Shown here piece by piece: positions 9,227-20,910 of a stretch of 64,000 nt of DNA; position 1 is the stretch's first letter, and each line of letters opens with the position of its first letter. The notes under the pieces were generated by a model. That model ran no database searches and was not told the DNA's origin. It saw nothing but the letters and a program-made list of their open reading frames with translations. The position numbers were made by a program, and so were the translations under genes. The stretch comes from Steroidobacteraceae bacterium (GTDB lineage Bacteria > Pseudomonadota > Gammaproteobacteria > Steroidobacterales > Steroidobacteraceae): positions 56-64,055 of the forward strand of contig DAIMYL010000001.1 of the NCBI GenBank assembly GCA_036734505.1, written 5' to 3'.

Positions 9227-10674
9227 GGCCCGTCGCCGCGGTCATCGGGGGCGGCGTCATCGGTGGGGGCTGGCTCGCACGGTTCCTGTTGAACGGTTGG
9301 GATGTCGCCGTCTTCGACCCCGACCCCGAAGCCGAGCGCAAGCTCTCCGAGGTGCTCGCCAACGCCCGGCGCTCGCTGCCCGGGCTCTACGATGTCGCGC
9401 TGCCCCCCGAGGGGACCTGGCGGCTCTGTGCCACGGTGGAGGAGGCCGTCGCCGGCGCGCGCTGGGTCCAGGAGTCCGTGCCCGAGCGGCTCGACATCAA
9501 GCACCGCGTGCTCACCCAGATCCAGCAGGTCATCCCGTCCGATGTCGTCATCGGCTCGTCGACCTCGGGCTTCAAGCCCTCGGAGCTCGGTTCCGGCATC
9601 CCCCGGCCGCAGCAGGTCATGGTGGTGCATCCCTTCAACCCGGTGTATCTGCTGCCTGTGCTCGAGATCGTCCCGCACGCGACGGCCGCCGATGCCTTCG
9701 TCGCGGGCGCCATGGAGACGATGCGTGGGCTCGGCATGATGCCGCTGCGCATCCGTCGCGAGATCGACGCGCATGTCGCCGACCGTTTCCTTGAGGCCGT
9801 GTGGCGCGAGGCGCTGTGGCTGGTGAAGGACGACATCGCCACCACCACCGAGATCGACGATGTCATCCGCTTCGGCTTCGGCATCCGTTGGGCGCAGATG
9901 GGTCTCTTCGAGACCTACCGCGTCGCGGGCGGCGAAGCCGGCATGCGGCATTTCATCGCGCAGTTCGGGCCCTGCCTGAGCTGGCCCTGGACACGCCTGA
10001 TGGATGTCCCCGAGCTCGACGACGCGCTGATCGACAAGATCGCCTCGCAGTCGGACGCGCAGTCCGGGATGCGCAGCATCCGCGAGCTCGAGCGCATCCG
10101 CGACGACAACCTCGTGGCGATGATGCGCGCCCTCAAGGGCCGCGACTGGGCATCGGGACATCTGCTGCGTGAGCATGACGCCCGCCTGCGCGGCGTGCAG
10201 ACCGAGCCGGACTGGTCGCAGCCGATCGAGACCCTGTCGCGTGTCGTCCCTGTCGACTGGACCGACTACAACGGTCACATGAACGAAGCGCGCTACCTCG
10301 AGTCCTCCAGCGCGGCCACCGACCGTTTCATGGAGCTCGTCGGCTGCGATGCGGCTTATGTCGCGGCGGGCAGCAGCTACTTCACCGTCGAGACGCACAT
10401 CAGGCATCTCGCCGAGGTGCATGCGGGCGCGAGCATCCGCGTCACCACCCAGCTGCTCGACGGCAGCGGCAAGCGCTTGCATCTTCTCAACCGGATCCAC
10501 GACGGCTCGGGGCAGCTGCTGGCCACCGCCGAGCATCTGCTGCTGCATGTCTCGCTGGAGACCCGGCGCGCATCGCCGCCGTCGCCCGCCATCCAGCAGA
10601 GACTCGCCGAGGTCCAGGCCCAGCACGCCGCCTTGCCGCGGCCGGAGAGGACGCACTGTGGCATCCGGGACTGA
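9223..10674 (+). CDS. lcdH: L-carnitine dehydrogenase (3-hydroxyacyl-CoA-dehydrogenase-like) fused to a C-terminal hotdog thioesterase domain
   Basis: Rossmann motif AAVIGGGVIGGGW and a 3HCDH-like core. The C-terminal roughly 150 aa carry a 4HBT-type thioesterase signature (WTDYNGHMNEARYLE). Confidence 0.9.
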   Translation: MRPVAAVIGGGVIGGGWLARFLLNGWDVAVFDPDPEAERKLSEVLANARRSLPGLYDVALPPEGTWRLCATVEEAVAGARWVQESVPERLDIKHRVLTQIQQVIPSDVVIGSSTSGFKPSELGSGIPRPQQVMVVHPFNPVYLLPVLEIVPHATAADAFVAGAMETMRGLGMMPLRIRREIDAHVADRFLEAVWREALWLVKDDIATTTEIDDVIRFGFGIRWAQMGLFETYRVAGGEAGMRHFIAQFGPCLSWPWTRLMDVPELDDALIDKIASQSDAQSGMRSIRELERIRDDNLVAMMRALKGRDWASGHLLREHDARLRGVQTEPDWSQPIETLSRVVPVDWTDYNGHMNEARYLESSSAATDRFMELVGCDAAYVAAGSSYFTVETHIRHLAEVHAGASIRVTTQLLDGSGKRLHLLNRIHDGSGQLLATAEHLLLHVSLETRRASPPSPAIQQRLAEVQAQHAALPRPERTHCGIRD

Positions 10675-12223
10675 CCCCGCTCCGGCATCCGTGCCCTCGA
10701 AGGCCTCGGGCGGACCGCCCGCCGACTGGCCGGTGTTCGCCATCACGGCGGCGACCGTGCTCGGCGTCTGCGCCTTGGTGTTCGTGGCGCCGCAGCAGGC
10801 CGGAGTCGTCATCATCCGGCTCTACGACCTGCTGACCAAGAACCTCGGTTTCCTTTATCAGTGGTATGTCATCGCGCTGCTCGGGTTCCTGGGTTTCATC
10901 GCCTTCAGCCGGCACGGCAAGATCCGGCTCGGCGGCAAGGACGCGAAGCCCGACTACACCACGCTGAGCTGGATCGGCATGATCTTCTGCGCCGGCGTCG
11001 GCGCGACGCTCATCTACTGGGCCGTGGTCGAGTGGGCGTTCTACATCGACGCGCCGCCGCTCGGGGCTGCGCCGCGTTCCACCGCCGCGATCGAATGGGC
11101 CGCCACCTACGGCATCTTCCACTGGGGCCCGGTGGGCTGGGCCATCTTCTGCGTCCCCACCATCGCCATCGCCTACGCGTTCTATCAGCGCGGTGAGCCG
11201 CATCTGCGCCTCAGCGCCGGCTGTCTGCCCTTCTTGCCGGGCGGCGTCAGCAGCACGCGCGGCCGCATCATCGACTTCATCTACATGGTCAACCTCATCG
11301 GCGGCAGCGCCACGGCGCTGGCGCTGACCGCGCCGATGATCGCCGCGCTGTTCGCGAAACTCACCGGCATCCCGCAGACCTTCACCGTCGAGGCGGTCGT
11401 CATCCTGGTCTGCGTGCTGATCTTCGCCGCGAGCAGCTTCCTCGGCCTCGAGAAAGGCTTCAAGCGGCTCGCCGACACCAACACCTACCTCGCGCTCGGC
11501 TTGCTCGGCTTCGTGCTGCTCGTCGGGCCGACGCTCTTCATCCTGCAGATGGGCACCAATTCGCTGGGGCTCATGCTGCAGGAGTTCGTGCGCATGGTGA
11601 CCTGGACCGACCCCGTCGAGCGCAAGGGCTTCATCGAGAGCTGGACGGTGTTCTACTGGGCCTGGTGGGTGGCTTATGCGCCGTTCGTCGCGCTGTTCGC
11701 GACCCGTATCTCGCGCGGCCGCACGCTGCGTGAGCTGATCTTCGGCCTCATGGTGTTCGGCACGCTCGGCGCCGGCATCTTCTACATCGTGCTCGGCAAC
11801 TACGCGCTCGACCTCGAGCTGACGGGCGCGCTGAAGGTCACGGAACTGCTGAAGCAGAACTCCGGCCCTTATGCGCTCGCCGAGGTGCTCGGGACGCTGC
11901 CGTGGCCGTCGCTCACCATCCTCGGCTTCCTGGTCGTCGCCGCCATCCTGATGGCCACCACCTACGACTCGGCGTCCTACACGCTGGCGTCGGTGGCGAG
12001 CCGCGACATCCACGCCGGACAGGACCCCGCGCGTTGGCAGCGCGTGTTCTGGGCCTTCGCCATCGGTGTGCCGCCGATCGCGCTGCTGTTCGTCGAGGGC
12101 GGGTTGAAGGTGGTGCAATCCGCGACCATCGTCGTCAGCCTGCCCTTGCTCGGCGTGGGCGTGCTGCTCGCGCTCTCCATCCTGCGCATGATCCGTGAGG
12201 ACGAGGCCGCCGGCAGGCTCTGA
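10658..12223 (+). CDS. BCCT-family betaine/carnitine/choline transporter
   Basis: The GTG at 10658 has GGAGAGG upstream and overlaps the lcdH stop. BCCT signatures are present (IFCAGVGATLIYWA, WTVFYWAWWVAYAPFVALF). The start is uncertain. Confidence 0.85.
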   Translation: MASGTDPAPASVPSKASGGPPADWPVFAITAATVLGVCALVFVAPQQAGVVIIRLYDLLTKNLGFLYQWYVIALLGFLGFIAFSRHGKIRLGGKDAKPDYTTLSWIGMIFCAGVGATLIYWAVVEWAFYIDAPPLGAAPRSTAAIEWAATYGIFHWGPVGWAIFCVPTIAIAYAFYQRGEPHLRLSAGCLPFLPGGVSSTRGRIIDFIYMVNLIGGSATALALTAPMIAALFAKLTGIPQTFTVEAVVILVCVLIFAASSFLGLEKGFKRLADTNTYLALGLLGFVLLVGPTLFILQMGTNSLGLMLQEFVRMVTWTDPVERKGFIESWTVFYWAWWVAYAPFVALFATRISRGRTLRELIFGLMVFGTLGAGIFYIVLGNYALDLELTGALKVTELLKQNSGPYALAEVLGTLPWPSLTILGFLVVAAILMATTYDSASYTLASVASRDIHAGQDPARWQRVFWAFAIGVPPIALLFVEGGLKVVQSATIVVSLPLLGVGVLLALSILRMIREDEAAGRL

Positions 12224-12417
12224 ACGGCGCGCGGAGGTCGGACGGGCGTCTGTCGGCGTCGGTCGCTTTCGCTCAACATCATGTCGCATACAGGCGTGTG
12301 CATCACCCCGGCCGCCGACCACAATCTCCCCGCGTCCTGCACCGTGTGCCATAGAGCCGGTCGGGCAGGGCGCGCCCGCGGCGCATGCCTGCCGGGCCAC
12401 GAACGGGGGACGATGAA

Positions 12418-14091
12418 TTGAAGACGAACATCGAGATCGCTCAGGCCGCCAAGTTGCGGCCGATCACCGCCTTGGCCCAGGACCGTCTCGGCATCCCAGA
12501 GGAGGCGCTCGAGCCCTTCGGTCGCCACAAGGCCAAGCTCTCCCTCGGCTACATCGATTCGCTGCGCGACCGTCCTGACGGCAAGCTCGTGCTCGTGACC
12601 GCGATCTCGCCGACCCCGGCGGGCGAGGGCAAGACGACGACGACGGTGGGTCTCGGCGATGCGCTCAACCGCATCGGCAAGCGCGCCGTGGTCTGCCTGC
12701 GCGAGCCGGCCCTCGGTCCCGTCTTCGGCATGAAGGGCGGCGCCGCGGGCGGCGGCCACGCCCAGGTGGTGCCGATGGAGGACATCAACCTCCACTTCAC
12801 CGGCGATTTCGCCGCCATCGCGCTCGCCAACAACCTGCTCGCCGCGATGATCGACAACCACATCTACCACGGCAACGAGCTCGGCTTCGATGTGCGCCGC
12901 ATCGCCTGGCGTCGCGTGGTCGATGTCAACGACCGCGCGCTGCGGCAGATCACGGCTGGCCTCGGCGGCAGCCCGAACGGCTTCCCGCGCGAGGACGGCT
13001 TCGACATCGTGGTCGCCTCCGAGGTCATGGCGATCTTCTGCCTCGCCACGAGCATCAGCGACCTCAAGGAGCGGCTCGGCAAGATCGTGGTCGGCTACAC
13101 CCGCGAGCAGAAGCCCATCCTCGCCCGCGACCTGAAGGCCCACGGCGCGATGACGGTGCTGCTCAAGGACGCGCTGGCGCCGAACCTCGTGCAGACCCTC
13201 GAGAACAACCCGGCGATCATCCACGGCGGCCCGTTCGCCAACATCGCCCACGGCTGCAACTCCGTCATCGCCACCCGCACCGCGCTGAAGCTCGGCGAGT
13301 TCGTGGTCACGGAAGCCGGCTTCGGCGCCGACCTCGGCGCCGAGAAGTTCATCGACATCAAGTGCCGCAAGGCTGGGCTCAAGCCCGATGCGGCGGTCAT
13401 CGTCGCCACGGTGCGTGCGCTCAAGTACCACGGCGGCGTCGAGGTCCCCGACCTGCCGAAGGAGAACGTTGAGGCCCTGCGGAAGGGCATGGCCAACCTC
13501 GAGCGGCACATCAAGAACGTCCGCGACCGCATGGGCCTGCCCTGCGTGGTGTCGATCAACCACCGCGCCGAGGACACCGCCGCCGAGATCCAGGCGCTGC
13601 ACGAGCGCGCGAGCCACCTCGGCGTCAAGGTCGTGACCGCCAAGCACTTCGCCGAGGGCAGCGCGGGCGCCACCGAACTCGCGCACGAGGTGGTGCGGCT
13701 CACCGAGCAGCCGAACTACTTCACCAACATGTATCCGGACGACCTGCCGCTCTGGGACAAGATGAAGAAGGTCGCGACCGAGCTCTACGGCGCCTCCGAC
13801 ATCACCGCGGACGCCAAGGTGCGCGCCGCCATCCGCAAGCTGCAGGACGACGGCTACGGCCATTACCCGGTCTGCGTCGCCAAGACGCAGTACTCGTTCT
13901 CGACCGACCCGAAACTGCGCGGCGCGCCGAGCGGCCATGTGGTCAACATCCGCGAGGTCAGGCTCGCCGCGGGCGCCGAGTTCATCGTGATGATCTGCGG
14001 CGACATCATGACCATGCCGGGGCTGCCGAAGCTGCCGGCGGCCTGCAACATCGACATCGACGAGAGCGGCCGCGTCGTCGGCATGTTCTGA
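12418..14091 (+). CDS. fhs: Formate--tetrahydrofolate ligase
   Basis: [16 protein letters not shown]-loop with FTHFS-like sequence throughout. The TTG at 12418 (GGGGGA 7 nt upstream) gives the family-typical N-terminus (M)KTNIEIAQ. An in-frame ATG at 12385 is an alternative start. Confidence 0.9.
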   Translation: MKTNIEIAQAAKLRPITALAQDRLGIPEEALEPFGRHKAKLSLGYIDSLRDRPDGKLVLVTAISPTPAGEGKTTTTVGLGDALNRIGKRAVVCLREPALGPVFGMKGGAAGGGHAQVVPMEDINLHFTGDFAAIALANNLLAAMIDNHIYHGNELGFDVRRIAWRRVVDVNDRALRQITAGLGGSPNGFPREDGFDIVVASEVMAIFCLATSISDLKERLGKIVVGYTREQKPILARDLKAHGAMTVLLKDALAPNLVQTLENNPAIIHGGPFANIAHGCNSVIATRTALKLGEFVVTEAGFGADLGAEKFIDIKCRKAGLKPDAAVIVATVRALKYHGGVEVPDLPKENVEALRKGMANLERHIKNVRDRMGLPCVVSINHRAEDTAAEIQALHERASHLGVKVVTAKHFAEGSAGATELAHEVVRLTEQPNYFTNMYPDDLPLWDKMKKVATELYGASDITADAKVRAAIRKLQDDGYGHYPVCVAKTQYSFSTDPKLRGAPSGHVVNIREVRLAAGAEFIVMICGDIMTMPGLPKLPAACNIDIDESGRVVGMF

Positions 14092-14101
14092 AGGCCGGAC
14101 C

Positions 14102-14550
14102 ATGACCTGGGATACGCAGCGCGCCGCCGGCATCATCGAGACCTACAAGCATCTCGACGGCCCGGCGCTGCCCGTGCTGCGCGCCCTGCAGCTCGAGTTC
14201 GGTCATGTGCCCGACGAGGCGGTCGCGCAGGTGGCCGACGCGCTCAACCTCTCGCGCGCCGAGGTGCACGGCATCGTCACCTTCTACCACGACTTCCGGC
14301 GCGAGCCGGGCGGCCGCACCGACCTCAAGATCTGCCGCGCCGAGGCCTGTCAGGCCATGGGCGGCGATGCGTTGGCCGAGGAGGCCCGCAAGCGTCTCGG
14401 CGTGGATTGGCACGGCACGACGAAGGACGGCGAGGTGACGCTCGAGCCGATGTTCTGTCTCGGGCTCTGTTCCGTGGCGCCGGCGGCGCAGGTGGGTGAC
14501 CGGCTGGTCGCCCGTGCCGACTGGCCGAAGATCGAAGAGGCGTTGCGCAA

Positions 14551-14563
<13 letters not shown>
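14102..14563 (+). CDS. fdsG: NAD-dependent formate dehydrogenase gamma subunit (NuoE-like 2Fe-2S)
   Basis: NuoE/HoxE-like sequence with Cys residues (KICRAEAC ... FCLGLC). It is the first gene of the fdsGBACD-type arrangement. Confidence 0.85.
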
Positions 14564-16064
<1,501 letters not shown>

Positions 16065-16068
<4 letters not shown>

Positions 16069-18854
16069 GCGCCATCATCGACGATCGTGACCTCGGTACG
16101 CCGCCGTCGCGTTCCACCCAGCGCGTGACGATAGAGATCGACGGCATGCCGGTGCAGGTGCCCGCGGGCACCTCGGTGATGCGGGCCGCGGCCGAGGCCG
16201 GCATCTCGATCCCCAAGCTCTGCGCCACCGACACCCTGCAGGCCTTCGGTTCGTGCCGGCTGTGCCTCGTCGAGATCGAGGGCCGCAACGGCACGCCGGC
16301 GTCCTGCACGACCCCCGTCGCCGAGGGCATGAAGGTCCACACCCAGACCGGCAAGCTCAAGTCGCTCCGGCGCGGCGTCATGGAGCTCTACATCTCCGAC
16401 CATCCGCTCGACTGCCTGACCTGTTCGGCCAACGGCGACTGCGAGCTGCAGGACATGGCCGGCGCGGTGGGCCTGCGCGAGGTGCGCTACGGCTACGACG
16501 GCGCCAACCATCTCGAGGCCGAGAAGGACGAGTCGAACCCGTACTTCACCTTCGACCCCTCGAAGTGCATCGTCTGTTCGCGCTGCGTGCGCGCCTGCGA
16601 CGAAGTGCAGGGCACCCTCGCGTTGACGATCTCCGGCCGCGGCTTCGAGTCCAAGGTCGCGGCGAGCGTCGACGAGAAGTTCATCGACTCCGAGTGCGTC
16701 TCCTGCGGCGCCTGCGTGAAGGCCTGCCCGACGGCGACGCTCATCGAGAAGAGCGTCATCGAGATCGGCCAGCCCGAGCGCTCGGTGCTCACCACCTGCG
16801 CCTACTGCGGCGTCGGCTGCACCTTCAAGGCCCAGGTGCGCGGCAACGAGGTCGTGCGCATGGTGCCGCACGACGACGGCAAGGCGAACCGCGGCCACTC
16901 CTGCGTCAAGGGGCGTTTCGCCTGGGGCTACGCGACCCACCCGGACCGCGTGCTCTCGCCGCTCGTCCGCGACCGCATCAGCGACCCGTGGCGCGAGGCG
17001 AGCTGGGATGAGGCCATCGGCCGCATCGCCTCCGAGTTCCGCCGCCTGCAGTCGCAGTACGGCAAGAACTCGGTGGGCGCGGTGACCTCCTCGCGCTGCA
17101 CCAACGAGGAGACCTTCCTCGTCCAGAAGATGGTGCGCGCCGTGTTCGGCAACAACAACGTCGACACCTGCGCACGCGTCTGCCATTCGCCGACGGGTTA
17201 CGGCCTCAAGCAGGCCTTCGGCACCTCGGCCGGCACCCAGGACTTCGACTCGGTCGCCGAGGCCGATGTCATCGTGGTCATCGGCGCCAACCCGACCGAC
17301 GGCCACCCGGTGTTCGCGTCGCGCATGAAGCGTCGGCTGCGCGAGGGCGCGAAGCTCATCGTGGTGGACCCGCGCCGCATCGACCTCGTGCGCACGCCGC
17401 ACATCGAGGCCAGCCACCACCTGCAGCTGCGCCCCGGCACCAATGTCGCCGTGGTGAACGCGATCGCCCATGTCATCGTCACCGAAGGTCTCGTCGACGA
17501 GCGTTTCGTGCACGAGCGCTGCGACCTCGCGGAGTTCTCCACCTGGGCGTCGTTCGTCGCCGAACCGCGCAACAGCCCCGAGGCGACCGAGGCGGTGACC
17601 GGCGTGCCGGCGGCGGAGCTCCGTGCCGCGGCGCGGCTCTACGCCACGGGCGGCAACGGCGCCATCTACTACGGGCTCGGCGTCACCGAGCACAGCCAGG
17701 GCACCACCACCGTCATGGCGATCGCGAACCTCGCGATGGCCACCGGCAACCTCGGTCGGCCGGGCGTGGGCGTCAACCCGCTGCGCGGCCAGAACAACGT
17801 CCAGGGCGCCTGCGACATGGGTTCCTTCCCGCATGAGTTCGCGGGCTACCGCCATGTGTCGGACGACACCGCGCGGGAGGTCTTCGAGTCCGTCTGGGGC
17901 GTGGCGCTCGAGTCGGAGCCTGGTCTGCGCATCCCCAACATGTTCGATGCCGCCCTCGACGGCAGCTTCAAGGGCATGTTCATCCAGGGCGAGGACTTCG
18001 CGCAGTCGGATCCCGACACCCAGCATGTGGCCGAGGCGCTCTCCGCCATGGAGTGCGTCGTGGTGCACGACCTGTTCCTCAACGAGACGGCCAAGTACGC
18101 GCATGTCTTCCTGCCGGGCGCGTCCTTCCTCGAGAAGGACGGCACCTTCACCAACGCCGAGCGGCGCATCAGCCGCGTGCGCAAGGTGATGCCGCCGCGC
18201 GCGGGCCTCGCGGATTGGCAGGCCGTGATGAAGGTCTGCCAGGCGCTCGGCCACGCCATGCACTACGACCATCCGTCGCAGATCATGGACGAGATCGCGC
18301 GCACCACGCCCTCGTTCACCGGCGTGAGCTACGCCAAGCTCGACCAGTTGGGGTCGATCCAGTGGCCCTGCAACGAGAAGGCGCCGGAGGGCACGCCGGT
18401 CATGCACATCGGCGGCTTCGCCCGCGGCAAGGGGCGGTTCGTGGTGACGGAGTATGTCCCCACCGAGGAGCGCTCCACCGCGCGTTTCCCGCTGCTGCTC
18501 ACCACCGGCCGTATCCTGTCGCAGTACAACGTGGGCACGCAGACGCGGCGCACGGCGAACCAGCAGTGGCATGACGCCGACCGGCTCGAGATCCATCCGC
18601 ATGACGCCGAGCAGCGCGGCATCCGTCCCGGCGATCGCGTGCGGGTGATGAGCCGCACCGGTGCCACCGAGCTGCGCGCGGAGGTCAGCGACCGTGTCGC
18701 GCCCGGCGTGGTCTACACCACCTTCCACCACCCGGACACGCAGATCAACGTCGTGACCACGGACAACTCCGACTGGGCGACCAACTGCCCCGAGTACAAG
18801 GTCACCGCCGTCCAGGTGCTGCCGACGAATGGGCCTCCCGCCGCCCGCGGTTGA
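16065..18854 (+). CDS. fdsA: NAD-dependent formate dehydrogenase alpha subunit (Fe-S + Mo-bisPGD catalytic subunit)
   Basis: ATGA overlap with fdsB. It has an N-terminal 2Fe-2S (CRLCLVEIEG), 4Fe-4S clusters (CIVCSRCVRAC, CVSCGACVKACP) and a molybdopterin domain (TTCAYCGVGC). There is no in-frame TGA, so the active-site residue is Cys rather than Sec. Confidence 0.9.
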
Positions 18855-19644
18855 GCTGCCGCGGCTCGCGGTCAGCAGCGCGGTCGGCAGGTCGGCGGGC
18901 GCCGGCGGCACCCGCTCGCTGCCGGAGGAGGTCGCGATCGCGCTGACCTACAACCGCGCGTCCTACGCGGTGATGATGGCGACGCCGCTCGACATCGAGG
19001 ATTTCGGCGTCGGCTTCTCGCTCAACGAGGGGATCATCGCCTCGCCCTCGGAGCTCGCCGAGATCGAGGTGGTGGGCGTCGAGCTCGGCATCGAACTGCG
19101 CATGACCCTGGCGGGCGAGTCGGCCGAGCGGACCGCCGAGCGCCGACGCCGCCTCGCGGGGCCTGTCGGCTGCGGGCTCTGCGGCGTCGAGCGCCTCGAG
19201 GAGGCGCTGCGTCCGCTGCCGCCGGTATCGGCGGCGCTGACGGTGTCACCGGAGGATGTGCGCGCGGCGCTGGCGGAGCTCGCCGCGCTGCAGGCGCTCA
19301 ACCGCGCGACCCGCGCCGTGCATGCCGCCGGATTCTGGCGGCCGGGCAGGGGCGTCGTCGCCGTGCGCGAGGATGTCGGTCGGCACAACGCGCTCGACAA
19401 ACTCGCCGGTGCGCTGGCGCGTGCGGGCGAGGCGGCGGCCGAGGGCATGATCGTCATCTCGAGCCGCGTCTCGATCGAGATGGTGCAGAAGGCGGCCATG
19501 ATGGGTGCGGGCATCCTCGTCGCCGTCTCGGCGCCGACGGCGCTCGCGGTGCGTTCGGCCGACGCCGCGGGGCTGACATTGGTCGCGGTCGCGCGCGAGG
19601 ACGGGTTCGAGGTGTTCAGCGGGGCGCAGAGGATCAGGACATGA
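18829..19644 (+). CDS. fdhD: Formate dehydrogenase accessory sulfurtransferase FdhD/FdsC
   Basis: VGCGLCG motif and ...GRHNALDKL... typical of FdhD. It overlaps the fdsA 3' end by 26 nt. Confidence 0.85.
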   Translation: MGLPPPAVELPRLAVSSAVGRSAGAGGTRSLPEEVAIALTYNRASYAVMMATPLDIEDFGVGFSLNEGIIASPSELAEIEVVGVELGIELRMTLAGESAERTAERRRRLAGPVGCGLCGVERLEEALRPLPPVSAALTVSPEDVRAALAELAALQALNRATRAVHAAGFWRPGRGVVAVREDVGRHNALDKLAGALARAGEAAAEGMIVISSRVSIEMVQKAAMMGAGILVAVSAPTALAVRSADAAGLTLVAVAREDGFEVFSGAQRIRT

Positions 19645-19865
19645 AGACCGAGAAGCTCGTACGGATGGCCAACCAGATCGCCGGGTTCTTCTCCCATGAG
19701 GGGCCGGAGCGGGGCGCCGCCAGCACCGCCGACCATCTGAAGAAGTTCTGGGACCCGCGCATGCGCGCCGAGATCGCGGCCGCGGTCGCCGAGGGCCGCG
19801 CCACCGGGCTCGATCCGATCGCGCTCGCCGCGGTCAGGGAGATCGCGGCGCCGCGCCCGAACTGA
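19641..19865 (+). CDS. fdsD: Formate dehydrogenase delta subunit
   Basis: A 74-aa protein, MKTEKLVRMANQIAGFF...HLKKFWDPRMR, resembling FdsD. ATGA overlap with fdhD. Confidence 0.75.
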   Translation: MKTEKLVRMANQIAGFFSHEGPERGAASTADHLKKFWDPRMRAEIAAAVAEGRATGLDPIALAAVREIAAPRPN

Positions 19866-20910
19866 GCGCCTTCAGGATCTCTGCGGTATCGCAGACGCCG
19901 ACCACGCGATCCCCGTCCGAGACCAGCACCGCTCGCCCCGATGCTTCGCGCAGACGGATGAGGCCCTGCAGGTCCGCGTCCGCCGCGATCACCGGCAGCG
20001 TCCCGTCATGCGGCACCGAGGGGTCGAGCGGCCGCATGACCATCCCCGCCGTCAGCGCCGTCAAGGGGTTCATGTGCTGCACGAACTCCGCGACGCGGGG
20101 GTCCGCCGGACGCAGCACGATGTCCTGCGGCGTGCCCGTCTGCACGATCCTGCCCTGGTCCATGATCGCGATCCGGTCGCCGATGCGCAGCGCTTCGTCG
20201 AGGTCGTGGCTGACGAAGAGGATCGTCTTGCGCACCCGCTCCTGCAGCCGCAGCAGTTCGTCCTGCAGCCGGCCGCGGATCAACGGGTCGAGCGCCGAGA
20301 ACGGTTCGTCCATCAACAGGATGCCGGCCTCGGTCGCGAAGGCGCGAGCGAGACCCACGCGCTGCTGCATGCCGCCCGACAGCTCGTCGATGCGGCGCTT
20401 GCCCCAGTCGGCGAGCCCGACGAGCTCGAGCTTCTCCGCCACGATGCGCGCGCGTCCGGCGCGCGGTTCGCCGCGCAGCTCGAGACCGAGCGCGACGTTG
20501 TCCTCGACGCTGCGCCAGGGCAGCAGCGCCGCCTGCTGGAACACCATGCTGATGCGCCGCCGCCGCGCCGCCGACAGCGCTGCGGCGTCGCAGCGCGTGA
20601 TGTCCACGGCGCCCTCGGCGCCGTCCAGCAGCACCTGACCGCGGGTCGCGCGCGTCAGGCCGTTGGCGGTGCGCAGCAGCGTCGATTTGCCGGAGCCGGA
20701 GAGGCCCATGACCACGCAGATCTCGCCGGGGGCGACCGCGAGGTTCGCGTCGCGCACGGCGACCGTCACGCCGCAGTCGGCGGCGACCTGCGCGGTCTCC
20801 GTACCGGCGGTCAGCGCGGCGAGGGCGCGGCGCAGGGCCTCGGCGCCTGCTCTGCCGGTCGCACGCGGGTAGATGACATCGACACCGCGGAACTCCAGGG
20901 CGGCGCTCAT
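19834..20910 (-). CDS. proV: Glycine betaine/proline-type ABC transporter ATP-binding protein with C-terminal CBS pair
   Basis: Walker A GLSGSGKST, signature LSGGMQQRVGLARA and a C-terminal CBS-like region. ATGA overlap with the upstream permease gene. Confidence 0.9.
   Translation of the reverse strand: MSAALEFRGVDVIYPRATGRAGAEALRRALAALTAGTETAQVAADCGVTVAVRDANLAVAPGEICVVMGLSGSGKSTLLRTANGLTRATRGQVLLDGAEGAVDITRCDAAALSAARRRRISMVFQQAALLPWRSVEDNVALGLELRGEPRAGRARIVAEKLELVGLADWGKRRIDELSGGMQQRVGLARAFATEAGILLMDEPFSALDPLIRGRLQDELLRLQERVRKTILFVSHDLDEALRIGDRIAIMDQGRIVQTGTPQDIVLRPADPRVAEFVQHMNPLTALTAGMVMRPLDPSVPHDGTLPVIAADADLQGLIRLREASGRAVLVSDGDRVVGVCDTAEILKALSSGAAPRSP

Noticed and set aside
12224-12417. 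The 194-bp leader upstream of fhs, considered as a possible ZTP (pfl-motif) or THF riboswitch. It contains a GGCAGG...CCTGCC hairpin.
   Set aside because: The conserved ZTP elements as I recall them (GACUGGCG, CCGCCUGGGC-type pseudoknot strand) are absent. The hairpin alone is not diagnostic. A covariance-model scan (Infernal/Rfam) would be needed to revisit this.
19834-19865. Convergent 3'-end overlaps of gene pairs, considered as possible antisense-regulation modules. They are fdsD/proV (32 nt), esterase/aminotransferase at 56721-56754, ThDP enzyme/aldolase at 59564-59586, and amidohydrolase/soxG-like at 48662-48672.
   Set aside because: The overlaps are short and involve poorly conserved, compositionally biased C-terminal extensions. 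They are most simply explained by late chance stop codons in GC-rich DNA. No associated structure or motif was seen.
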